Assembly: GCA_039029355.1 (NCBI GenBank)
Contig: JBCCGI010000051.1
Location: 1-59,608, forward strand
DNA from: Planctomycetota bacterium
Lineage (GTDB): Bacteria > Planctomycetota > UBA1135 > GCA-002686595
Direction of reading: 5' to 3'
DNA length: 59,608 nucleotides
The position numbers and the translations under genes are program-made. The notes below the pieces were generated by a model, which did no database searches, had not been told where the DNA came from, and saw nothing but the letters and a program-made list of their open reading frames with translations. This document shows positions 30,568 through 38,920 of the stretch, in pieces (positions within the stretch are counted from its first letter, which is position 1; each line of letters begins with the position of its first letter).

Positions 30568-31379
30568 CGGTAGTCCTCCGGGCCGAGGCCGTGGTGCGAC
30601 AACAGGCCCGCGAGCCGCAGCCGCAGGACCGACGTCAGCTCGCGGTAGCGCTGCGACACGTACGACGGCGACACGCCGATGCGGCGCGCGGTGTCCTTGC
30701 CTCGCTCGTCGAAGAGAGCGCGCGACTCGACGATGTCGCGGTCGCGCGGCGAGAGAGTCGCGAGCGCGCTGGTGAGCACCGCCGCGAACACGCGGCGGCT
30801 CTCCTCGTACTCGGCCTCCTGCCCGGCGCCGAACGCGCTCGGGTCGTCGTCGCTCCAGCCGCGCGCGGGTAGCGGGAGGCGGCGCCGCTCGGCGGCGAGC
30901 CTGCGGCGCAGCACCAGCGCCAGCCAGCGTTCCAGCGGAGCGAGGCCGGCGTAGGACGCGAGGAGGCTGCTGCGCCCGCCCCGCGCCATCCAGAGGTCCG
31001 CGAGGAAGCCGGCCACCGCATCCTCGGCGGGGCGCGCCCCGTGGGAGCGCGCCACCAGCACCAGCCGCGCGCAATGCTGCGCCGCGAACGCGCGCCACGC
31101 GCGGTCGTCGCGCCGGCGCCGGGCGCAGGCGCGCGCGAGGTACAGGTCGCCCAGGAACGGAGGCGCGAACGCGAGCAGGCCCACCCCACGCTCGCCGCGG
31201 TCCGCCTCGCCCCTGCGGCGGCTCGCGATCACGAGGACCTGGTCGCGGAAGGCGTCCAAGGAGAGCTCGAACGGGCCCTCGCGCCCGATCGCGCGGCGCA
31301 GGCCTAGGTCGAGCTCCGCGGCCTCGCGCGGGGCGAGCTCCGGGTGAGCCGGTCCGGGGTGCGGATCGCGAAGGTCCAT
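30564..31379 (-). CDS. ECF-type sigma-70 family RNA polymerase sigma factor.
   Basis: Region 2-like FLADLWMARG. Region 4 HTH LSPRDRDIVESRALFDERGKDTARRIGVSPSYVSQRYRELTSVL. ATG at 31379 is preceded by an 8-nt poly-C tract (poly-G at 31381-31388) one base upstream. Confidence 0.65.
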   Translation of the reverse strand: MDLRDPHPGPAHPELAPREAAELDLGLRRAIGREGPFELSLDAFRDQVLVIASRRRGEADRGERGVGLLAFAPPFLGDLYLARACARRRRDDRAWRAFAAQHCARLVLVARSHGARPAEDAVAGFLADLWMARGGRSSLLASYAGLAPLERWLALVLRRRLAAERRRLPLPARGWSDDDPSAFGAGQEAEYEESRRVFAAVLTSALATLSPRDRDIVESRALFDERGKDTARRIGVSPSYVSQRYRELTSVLRLRLAGLLSHHGLGPEDYR

Positions 31380-31393
31380 AGGGGGGGGCGGAG

Positions 31394-31428
31394 GGCGCAC
31401 GCCTCTCCAGGGGCTAGAGGCGTGCGCC
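31394..31428. promoter_or_regulatory. Perfect 13-bp inverted repeat (GGCGCACGCCTCT-9nt-AGAGGCGTGCGCC) in the leader of the ECF sigma gene, 15 nt from its start codon.
   Basis: Seen directly in the sequence. Lies between the divergent sigma gene (-) and the BNR-like gene (+). Confidence 0.5.
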
Positions 31429-31574
31429 GCACCCAAATGAACCACGAAGTCGCGAAAAGTGCCCGCCGAGCGCGCGGCGTCGCCGCCCGCGCCGGTTTCG
31501 ACGAGAAGTACTTCATCGGGGCGCGGAGCGCGGCTCTTGGGGAGCGGACCCACCGACCCTCAACGAGACCCGAC

Positions 31575-33455
31575 ATGAGACTCCCCTGCACACCGCTTGC
31601 CGCCGCCGCTCTCCTCGCCCTCTGCCCGCTCTCCGCGGCCCTCCCCGGAGACGGGGTGGCCTCCGCCTGGGGCGCCACGACCGAGGTCACCGACCTGTTC
31701 CCCGGCGACAACGCCGACATGGTGGGTGGACGCACCATCGCGATGGGGCCGGACGGGACGCTGCACTGCGTCTTCGCGGTCGACTTCCCCGGAGCCGGAG
31801 GCATCCCCGGCAGCCGATACATCGGCTACTCGCGCTCGACGGACGACGGAGCGACCTTCGGGTCCGGGATCGACAACTACTCGCTGCTCGGCGGCGGCGC
31901 CGACACCGAGCCGGCGCTCTCGCCCTGCCTGGCCGTCGACCCCGAGGGCCGCGTCCACGTCGCGTGGATCGAGCCCGACGGCGGCGCCTACCAGATCTTC
32001 TACCGTCGCTCTCTCGACGGCGGCCTGTCCTGGGAGGCCGAGCAGCGCATCACGCAGGGCTCGTCGAGCGTCAACGTCTCCGCGCCCGCGATCGACATCT
32101 TCGTCGACCAGGACCACTGGGTGGTCGTGTGCTGGAACGGCACCGACGCCTCGGGGCTCGAGGGCACGCTCTTCGAGTTCTCCGGCGTGGACGGGGCGCC
32201 GGGGACGTGGTCGCACCTGCCGCTGGAGTACTTCGCGGAGCCCAGCGACAACGCGCGCTTCGTCCAGTTCCGCGCGGCCGACGCGCTCGATCCGTTCTGG
32301 GTCTTCCGCGTGACGCACTTCGTCTCGGTCGACGCGCTGGTCTTCAGCGGCCGCGGCATCGCGCCGGCGTCGTTCGTGGACGTCGTCGTCGCCGACCAGA
32401 TCCTGGACTACGACGTCGCGACGCATCCCGACTTCCCGGGCGACACCTACCTCGTGTGCACCTACGTGAACGCCGGCGAGCAGCGGACGACGCTGTACCT
32501 GAAGAAGTCGGGCTCGAGCTCGAACGACTGGGACGAGATCGCCGACCTCGAGTTGCCCGACGGAGCGCCGGTCGCCGACGCGGCGCTGGTGTTCGACAAC
32601 CTGGCGCAGGTGCAGCTCCTCGCGACGGACGGCGGCGCCGGGGCGGGCGCCTACTGGTTCTACACCTACGGGGACGTGAACGAGACGCTCGCGCTGTCGC
32701 CGCCGGTCTCGCTCGGTACGCTCGGGGACGACGCGGGCGGCCTCGCGCTGACGCAGCACGAGAACTGGCCGGACAGCCGCGTGTACGCCGTGTGGGCCGA
32801 GCGGGACGCCGCCGGGTTCGGGCAGGTCCGGGCGCGGCGCTACTCCGTGCCCGGCGGCACGCCGCCGGCGACGCCGCTTGATGTACGCGCCGACATCGGG
32901 GCCCCGCAGATGGAGGTCAGCTGGGTGCCGGCGCCGGTCGCCCAGCGCGCGTACGAGTACGAGATCTTCATCACCGGCTCAGCCACGTACGACGGCTTCA
33001 CCGCGGGCAACGACCAGGTCTGGTTCGGCGACCCGGCGTACCTGCTCCAGCAGCCCTACTTCCAGCGCGAGTTCCACCGCATCCCCGGCGACTGGCCGAT
33101 GAGGGACTCCAAGACCGGGGAGCTCCTGCACTACTGGGCCGAGGTCATCCCGCTCGACGACGAAGGAGCGCCTGGGGCGGCCGCCGAGGAGGTCCTTGCG
33201 GTGCCCCTGGCGGAGGTCAACAACACGGACGGCCAATGCACCGTCGGCCTGCCCGACTTCGTCGACTTCCAGAGCCGCTTCCTGCAGGAAGTGTTCACCG
33301 GCTCCGGCGCGCTCAACCCCGACTACCTCCTGCGCCACGACATGAACCGCAACGGCCAGATCGACCTGCCGGACTTCTCGGGCGGGCTGGAGGCCCAGTT
33401 CCTCTGGACGGTGCCCATCGACGAGCCGTGCCTCTCGTATCCGTACGACTCGTAG
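31575..33455 (+). CDS. Secreted BNR/sialidase-like beta-propeller protein with a C-terminal dockerin/EF-hand-type Ca-binding loop.
   Basis: Signal peptide MRLPCTPLAAAALLALCPLSAA. Repeated S-x-D-x-G-x-T/S-W Asp-box-like units (SRSTDDGATFG, RSLDGGLSWE). C-terminal DMNRNGQIDLPDF. Confidence 0.6.
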   Translation: MRLPCTPLAAAALLALCPLSAALPGDGVASAWGATTEVTDLFPGDNADMVGGRTIAMGPDGTLHCVFAVDFPGAGGIPGSRYIGYSRSTDDGATFGSGIDNYSLLGGGADTEPALSPCLAVDPEGRVHVAWIEPDGGAYQIFYRRSLDGGLSWEAEQRITQGSSSVNVSAPAIDIFVDQDHWVVVCWNGTDASGLEGTLFEFSGVDGAPGTWSHLPLEYFAEPSDNARFVQFRAADALDPFWVFRVTHFVSVDALVFSGRGIAPASFVDVVVADQILDYDVATHPDFPGDTYLVCTYVNAGEQRTTLYLKKSGSSSNDWDEIADLELPDGAPVADAALVFDNLAQVQLLATDGGAGAGAYWFYTYGDVNETLALSPPVSLGTLGDDAGGLALTQHENWPDSRVYAVWAERDAAGFGQVRARRYSVPGGTPPATPLDVRADIGAPQMEVSWVPAPVAQRAYEYEIFITGSATYDGFTAGNDQVWFGDPAYLLQQPYFQREFHRIPGDWPMRDSKTGELLHYWAEVIPLDDEGAPGAAAEEVLAVPLAEVNNTDGQCTVGLPDFVDFQSRFLQEVFTGSGALNPDYLLRHDMNRNGQIDLPDFSGGLEAQFLWTVPIDEPCLSYPYDS

Positions 33456-33629
33456 CCGGCAGCCGGTAGCCCGAGGAGAGAGCTCCGGCGCCCGTCACGC
33501 GGTGTGGCGGGCGCCGGCCCGCCGAATGGGGCGGATCGGCGAAATGGGGATCGCCGCCGGGGACATGGGTGCCAGGCCGGGCCGCGGAGCTTAAGGTAGC
33601 CCGGCCTTCCGACCGGCGACCAGATCCCC

Positions 33630-34589
33630 ATGACCGACGACACGAACCCCAAGGGGCGCGGCACGGCGCTCGCCGCGCTCGCGGTGCGCCTCGCCGCCGC
33701 CTGGATCCTGGCCGGCGGCCTCTTCAAGCTCTTCCTCGGCACCCCCGCCGACCTGCCCGAGGTGGTGCGCGGCCTGCTCGACGACCTGGTGCTGACCTAC
33801 CAGCTCGCGATCGCGATCGAGTTCGCCGCGGCGGCCCTGGCGATCCTGCGGCCGGGCTGGGGCTGGCCGCCGATCGTCGCGGCCTACCTGATCTTCGAGT
33901 ACGTGCTCATCACGCAGATGGCCGCCGGAGCGGAGTCCTGCGGTTGCTTCGGTTCCAAGGTGCCGATGCCGCCCTGGGGCATGATGGCGATCGACTCGGC
34001 GCTGCTGCTCTTCATGCTCGTCACGCGGCCGTGGCGCCTGCCGCGCACGGGCGCGCCGTGGATCGTGGTGGTGCTGGTGGCCGCCGCGGGGGTTGCCGCC
34101 CCGTTCGTGGTCGACCGCGAGGCCGAGGCCCCGCCCCCGGCTTCCGAGCCCGGCGAGGCGGGCTCGGGCGAGCCCGGCGAGGACACCGAGGCGGGCGGCG
34201 GCCTGCGGGGCTTCGTCGAGCTCGACGTCGAGGACTGGGTCGGCCAGTCGATCTACGACACGAAGCTCGCCCAGTGGATGGAGGGCGACGTGTACTCGCT
34301 GCCCGGCGACGGCATGTGGGTGCTCTGGCGCTGGACCTGTGATCACTGCGCGGACCACCTACAGCAGCTGGCCGACGCGCCGCCCGACGTGCCCTTCCTG
34401 GTGCTCGTCCGGCTCAAGGAGCCGGGCGACACCGACGCGAACCAGTCGGTGTTCGTCAAACCCGCCGGCGACAACGTGCTCGAGGCCTCGTGCCCCGACA
34501 CCGTCGACTACCTCATCACGACGCCGGGCGAGCTCATGGTCGAGGCCGGCACCGTGGTCTCCGGCGAGCAGGGCGTCGGATCGGAGTAG
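33630..34589 (+). CDS. MauE/DoxX-like integral membrane protein fused to a C-terminal thioredoxin-like CxxC domain (MauE-MauD-type thiol-disulfide module).
   Basis: Four TM helices with a CGCFG motif (MauE family). C-terminal WRWTCDHCADHL (W-C-x-x-C). Confidence 0.6.
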   Translation: MTDDTNPKGRGTALAALAVRLAAAWILAGGLFKLFLGTPADLPEVVRGLLDDLVLTYQLAIAIEFAAAALAILRPGWGWPPIVAAYLIFEYVLITQMAAGAESCGCFGSKVPMPPWGMMAIDSALLLFMLVTRPWRLPRTGAPWIVVVLVAAAGVAAPFVVDREAEAPPPASEPGEAGSGEPGEDTEAGGGLRGFVELDVEDWVGQSIYDTKLAQWMEGDVYSLPGDGMWVLWRWTCDHCADHLQQLADAPPDVPFLVLVRLKEPGDTDANQSVFVKPAGDNVLEASCPDTVDYLITTPGELMVEAGTVVSGEQGVGSE

Positions 34590-34606
34590 GCCGCGCCGGA
34601 CCGCGC

Positions 34607-35410
34607 ATGCTGCTGCTCCTGCACGCTCTCTGGACGCCGATCACGCTGCTCCTGTTCGTGCTCGTGGTGCGCCCGAGCTCGAACCCGCTCGCGCTGGTGG
34701 CCGAGGCGCTCCACGTGGCCACGTCGACGCGCGGGGGCAAGCTCGTCCTGTGGATCGCCGCGGCGACGATCGGGGCGAACTTCCTCGAGTGCCTGATCGA
34801 ACCCTGGCTCGCCGGGGCGCTCGGCTACGACCTGACCGCCTGGGTGCGCTCGGTCGAAGGCGCGACGGTGGAGCGCGTGCAGGGCACGCTGCCCGCCGCC
34901 TTGGTGCCCGTGGCGGTGTGGTTCTACCTCGCCGGCTACGTGGCCGGCCTGCTGACGCCGGCGACCGTGTGGACGGTGGAGACGCGCTTCGCCGCGGCGG
35001 CGGCGCTCGTCGCGGGCTACGTCGCGAACTACGCGATCGGGCTGCCGTTCTACTTCTTCGCGCCGGTGCAGGAGGTCGCCTGGAGCGGCCTGTCCGACGC
35101 CAAGCCGCTGCTGGACGCCGCCTTCCCCGGGCTGTCGGGCGAGACGCGGGTGGGCAGCGGGCTCGACAACTGCCTGCCCAGCCTGCACGTGTCGCTCACG
35201 TGGACCGCCTTCTTCATCGCCCTCGCCCGCGGCGAGAGCGCGATGCGCTGGTTCACCGGCGTCGTCGCGGTGCTCACCGCCTACGCCGTGATGGCGCTCG
35301 GCATCCACTGGGCGCTCGACGTGGGCACCGGCGTCGTGCTCGGCGCCGCCTGCGCGGGGATCGGGCTGTTGTGGGCGCGGAGGCGCGAGCGCGTCAGCGC
35401 GTCGTCGTAA
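34607..35410 (+). CDS. PAP2-superfamily (phosphatidic-acid-phosphatase-like) integral membrane protein.
   Basis: Six TM helices. PSLH (PSGH-like) and HWALDVGTG (SRx5Hx3D-like) motifs. ATG at 34607, 15 nt after the upstream stop. Confidence 0.55.
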   Translation: MLLLLHALWTPITLLLFVLVVRPSSNPLALVAEALHVATSTRGGKLVLWIAAATIGANFLECLIEPWLAGALGYDLTAWVRSVEGATVERVQGTLPAALVPVAVWFYLAGYVAGLLTPATVWTVETRFAAAAALVAGYVANYAIGLPFYFFAPVQEVAWSGLSDAKPLLDAAFPGLSGETRVGSGLDNCLPSLHVSLTWTAFFIALARGESAMRWFTGVVAVLTAYAVMALGIHWALDVGTGVVLGAACAGIGLLWARRRERVSASS

Positions 35411-37052
35411 CCTCGCTCACGACCTGGCTCTGGTCGATCTTCTTCGCGGCGACGTTCTCGCCGGTGCCGGTCTTGTGGCCGGGGTCGACCCACGAGCGCG
35501 AGATCTCCTCCGGCTTGGTGAAGCGCCGCGAAAGGCGGTTCCAGACGGTGAAGGCCTTGGTCTCGAGGCTCCCGAGCGAGTAGTTGCCGCTGCTGAGACG
35601 CCACTTGGCGAGCTTCTCCCACACCCCGATCTTCGAGCGCACGAGGCCGCGCGCGAGGGTCTGGTAGTGGCAGTAGAGCTTGCGCACCTTCGCGACCTCC
35701 GCCGGGATGCGGCCGGGCCAGGTCTCGTGCAGGTGGTACTCACCCAACGAACCCCAGTCCTCGAGCTGTTTCGGCGGCTGGAAGCCGAGCTTGATGGCTT
35801 CGTCCCACATCTCGGTGCCGGGGATCGGCCGGTACGGCCAGACCGTCGGCGACGAGCGCGGCGAGGCCACCTGGCACTGCCGCGCCTGGTCGAGCGTGGC
35901 GAGCATGTTGTCGGGCTTCTCGTGCGGGTACCCGATGATGTACGTCACCGAGCACTCGATGCCGCGCCGGTCCATCTCGGCCGTCGCGCGCACGTTGTCA
36001 TCGCCCTTGATCGGCTTGCCGACCCACTCCTTCATGAAGTCGTCGGTGCCGGTCTCGGCGCCGATCTCGGCCAGGTGCATGCCGCTCTGCGCCATCGCGT
36101 CGAGCACCTCGGGCTTGTACGAGAGGATCGAGTTGGTCTCGATGAAGCAGTTCCAGCCGAACTTGAGCTGGCGCTCGAGGATGCCCTCGGCGAACTCCTT
36201 CACGCGCTTCTGATGGACGCCGAAGTTCGCGTCGTGGAAGCGGATCACGTCGAAGTCCCAGCGGTCCTTCAGCTCCTCCAGGTCGTCGAGCATCCGCTCG
36301 GCGGGCATCGCCTTCCAGCGGCGGTTGGTGACGAACGGCGAGCAGCAGAACTTGCAGGGCTCCGGGCAGCCGAAGGAGGAGAAGTACGTGATGCCGAAGT
36401 ACGGACGGCGCTTGCCGATCCAGCTCGGCGAGGGCATCCGGAGGATGTCCTTGTGCGAGTCGGGGCGCATCTGGTGCGCGCGGTAGGGCTCGATGTCGAG
36501 CATGCCCCACGGCATGTTGCGCAGGCGGTCCCAGCCGACGACCGGTTGGCGCGGGTTCTTCTGCACCTCGCCGCCGCGCCACAGCGCGAGGCTCTGGAGC
36601 TCATCCAGCGGCTCGCCGCACGACACCGCCTCGACCACGTCCATGAAGGCCAGCTCGCCCTGGCCACAAACGACCGCGTCGTAGACGCCGGTCTCGAGCT
36701 GGAGCTCGGGGCGCACGCTCGCGAACCAGCCGCCGATCACCTTGGTGAGGGCGGGGAAGCGCTCGTGGACCCTCTGTGAGCACTGGTAGGCGTCCTTGAC
36801 CATGAATCCGAGGATTCCGGTCGTGCCGTACAGCATCGCGTCCTCGCAGGCCTCGACGACCATGCGGTGCGCGGTTTCCTGGTCGTACAGGCTGCCATCG
36901 ATGATCACGACCTCGTAGCCCTGAGCGACGGGCTCGGCCGCGATGGCGAGGCATTCCAGGGGGAGCATGTCCTTGCTGGACTCGGCTCCGAGCGAGGCGT
37001 CGACCTGCTGTGGCTGGTACAGGACGATCTTGCCCTTGTGGCGCTGGATCAT
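35394..37052 (-). CDS. B12-binding-domain radical SAM enzyme (class B-like).
   Basis: N-terminal Rossmann-like B12-binding region (VVIIDGSLYD...). Radical-SAM cluster motif CPEPCKFCC (Cx3Cx2C). ATG immediately preceded by C8 (G8 at 37052-37059 on the + strand). Confidence 0.8.
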   Translation of the reverse strand: MIQRHKGKIVLYQPQQVDASLGAESSKDMLPLECLAIAAEPVAQGYEVVIIDGSLYDQETAHRMVVEACEDAMLYGTTGILGFMVKDAYQCSQRVHERFPALTKVIGGWFASVRPELQLETGVYDAVVCGQGELAFMDVVEAVSCGEPLDELQSLALWRGGEVQKNPRQPVVGWDRLRNMPWGMLDIEPYRAHQMRPDSHKDILRMPSPSWIGKRRPYFGITYFSSFGCPEPCKFCCSPFVTNRRWKAMPAERMLDDLEELKDRWDFDVIRFHDANFGVHQKRVKEFAEGILERQLKFGWNCFIETNSILSYKPEVLDAMAQSGMHLAEIGAETGTDDFMKEWVGKPIKGDDNVRATAEMDRRGIECSVTYIIGYPHEKPDNMLATLDQARQCQVASPRSSPTVWPYRPIPGTEMWDEAIKLGFQPPKQLEDWGSLGEYHLHETWPGRIPAEVAKVRKLYCHYQTLARGLVRSKIGVWEKLAKWRLSSGNYSLGSLETKAFTVWNRLSRRFTKPEEISRSWVDPGHKTGTGENVAAKKIDQSQVVSEVTTTR

Positions 37053-37207
37053 GGGGGGGGAAGTAACGAGCTCGAGCCGGCGGGAAGCTGGAGAAGCGGG
37101 AAGCTAGACAAGCTGTTGAGAGCTTTAGCGGGAAGTTGCTTAGACCGAAGCATAATCCCGATCGGCAGGATGTGGCCGGGACTTGCGGTCAATCCTCCCG
37201 AAAACGT
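37053..37207 (-). promoter_or_regulatory. Lower-GC, ~150-nt leader upstream of the B12-radical-SAM gene. It carries three direct repeats GCGGGAAG(C/T)T (37079, 37095, 37127) and ends in C8-ATG; a candidate cis-regulatory region or RNA.
   Basis: Composition shift and repeats are seen directly. No SD sequence. Confidence 0.3.
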
Positions 37208-37258
37208 TAGCTTTAAAGAATCGATAGGGAGGGCCAGCCTTGCCAGGCCAGCCCCCCC
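37208..37258 (-). terminator. Terminator-like hairpin plus U-rich tail downstream of the flotillin gene.
   Basis: On minus-strand RNA: AGGGGGGGC...GCCCUCCCU, a 9-bp stem (one G-U pair) with a 16-nt loop, followed by AUCGAUUCUUUAAAG. Confidence 0.4.
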
Positions 37259-37279
37259 TGCATCCACAGAAGCCTAGGG

Positions 37280-38917
37280 CTACCCCTTATCGTCCGCGTC
37301 GCCCCCGGAAGGAACTTCCGGGTCCGAGGCAGGCTCCGCGGCCCCGCCGGAGTCGTCGCCAGCGGCCTTGTCGATCAAGCGCCCGAAGTACTCGGGCATC
37401 TCCACGCCGCCGACGTCCTTCATGATCTGCATCATCGGGGGCAGCGCCCCGCCCAGGCTCCGGAGGAAGCCGGCGGTGCCGTTCTGGCCCTCGCCCTGGC
37501 CGCCGTCCCAGACGATGACCTTGTCGAACTTGATGTTCGCGATGGCCTTCGCGGCGGTCTCCGACAGGTGGTCGATGTGCTCCAGCATGAGCATCTGGAA
37601 GGCCTCCTGGGCCCCGCCGCAGTTCGCGACGATCTCTTTGAGGCCCTGACCCTTCTTGGCGAGGATCTCGTACTGACCGCGGGCCTCGGCTTCGAGCCGG
37701 GCGTAGATCGCCGCAGCCTCGCCCTCGGCCTCGATCCGGCGCTGGGCGGCCTCGGCCTCGGCGTCGACGATGGTCTTGGCCTTCTCGGCCCTTGCGGCGG
37801 CCTCGAGTTGCGCGCGGCGTTCGGCCTCAACCTTGGTGGCCTCGGCCTCTGCGGCCTTGGCCTGGGCGAGGTACTGGGCCTCGAGCACCGAGGCCTCGGC
37901 CTCGCGCCGACGCGTCTCGCCCAGCTGGTAGGCATCGGCCTCGCGCACCTTGAGGTCGGCGTTGGCCTGGGCGATGACCGCCTTGGCCTCGTTCTCGCCC
38001 GCGACGGCCTTCGCGTTGGCGTCGGCGACGGAGACACGCATCTCGCGCTCCTTGTCGCGGACCTGGGCCTCCTGCTCGAACTGAGCCCCCTGCTCGCCGA
38101 CGGTCTTCTGCTTGTCGAGGTCCGCCAGGCGCACGGCCCGCTCGCGCTCGGCCTCCTTGGTGCCGATGTCCCGCACCTTGGTGGCCTGGGCGACCTGGAT
38201 CTGCTGCTCGCGGTCGGCCTCGGCGACACCGATGGCGCCCTTCTTCTGCTGCTCGGCGACGTCGATCTCGGCCTGGTTGACGGCCGTCGCGGCCGCCTTG
38301 CGGCCGATGGCCTCGATGTAGCCGGACTCGTCGGTGATGTCCTTGATGTTCACGTTGATCAGCACGAGGCCGATCTTCTTGAGCTCCGGCTCCAGCGACG
38401 ACTGCACCTTGTCCAGGAACTGGTCGCGGTCGCGGTTGATCTCCTCGATCATCAGCGAGGCGATCACCTGGCGCAGCTGGCCGAAGATGATGTCCTCCGC
38501 CTGCTTGATGACCTCGGTCGTGCCCAGGCCCAGCAGGCGGATGGCCGCGTTGTTCATCACGTCCTCGTCGGTGCCGACGGCAACCGTGAAGACGCTGGGA
38601 ACGGCGACCCGGATGTTCTCGATCGAGAGCGCTCCCTCGAGCGGGATCTCGATCTGCATCGGGTCGAGGTCCAGGTAGTCGTAGGCCTGGACCAGCGGGA
38701 TCACGAAGGCTCCGCCACCGTGGAGACACTTGGCGGAACGCCCGGCTCCGGTCTTTCCGTAGATCACCAGGATGCGGTTGGAGGGACAGCGCTTGTAGCG
38801 CGTCGCCAGCACCATGATGAAGCCGATGACCATGACGACGAGCGCCAGGATCCCCAGCATGGGTAGGTAGCCGTCGATCCCGCCGTCCTGGACGACGAGA
38901 GCAAGAGGCAGAAGCAT
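37280..38917 (-). CDS. Flotillin (SPFH/band-7) family protein, YqiK/FloT-like.
   Basis: N-terminal TM, SPFH domain, long EA-rich coiled coil (AEAEATKVEAERRAQLEAAARAEKA). GAGGAG SD 6 nt before the ATG at 38917. Confidence 0.85.
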   Translation of the reverse strand: MLLPLALVVQDGGIDGYLPMLGILALVVMVIGFIMVLATRYKRCPSNRILVIYGKTGAGRSAKCLHGGGAFVIPLVQAYDYLDLDPMQIEIPLEGALSIENIRVAVPSVFTVAVGTDEDVMNNAAIRLLGLGTTEVIKQAEDIIFGQLRQVIASLMIEEINRDRDQFLDKVQSSLEPELKKIGLVLINVNIKDITDESGYIEAIGRKAAATAVNQAEIDVAEQQKKGAIGVAEADREQQIQVAQATKVRDIGTKEAERERAVRLADLDKQKTVGEQGAQFEQEAQVRDKEREMRVSVADANAKAVAGENEAKAVIAQANADLKVREADAYQLGETRRREAEASVLEAQYLAQAKAAEAEATKVEAERRAQLEAAARAEKAKTIVDAEAEAAQRRIEAEGEAAAIYARLEAEARGQYEILAKKGQGLKEIVANCGGAQEAFQMLMLEHIDHLSETAAKAIANIKFDKVIVWDGGQGEGQNGTAGFLRSLGGALPPMMQIMKDVGGVEMPEYFGRLIDKAAGDDSGGAAEPASDPEVPSGGDADDKG

Positions 38918-38920
38918 GGA

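Noticed and set aside
37053-37207. Cobalamin riboswitch call for the rSAM leader.
   Set aside because: I could not identify a convincing B12 box (GCCACUG) by eye; only GCCACAUCC and partial resemblances. Reported as a candidate regulatory leader, not as a riboswitch feature.
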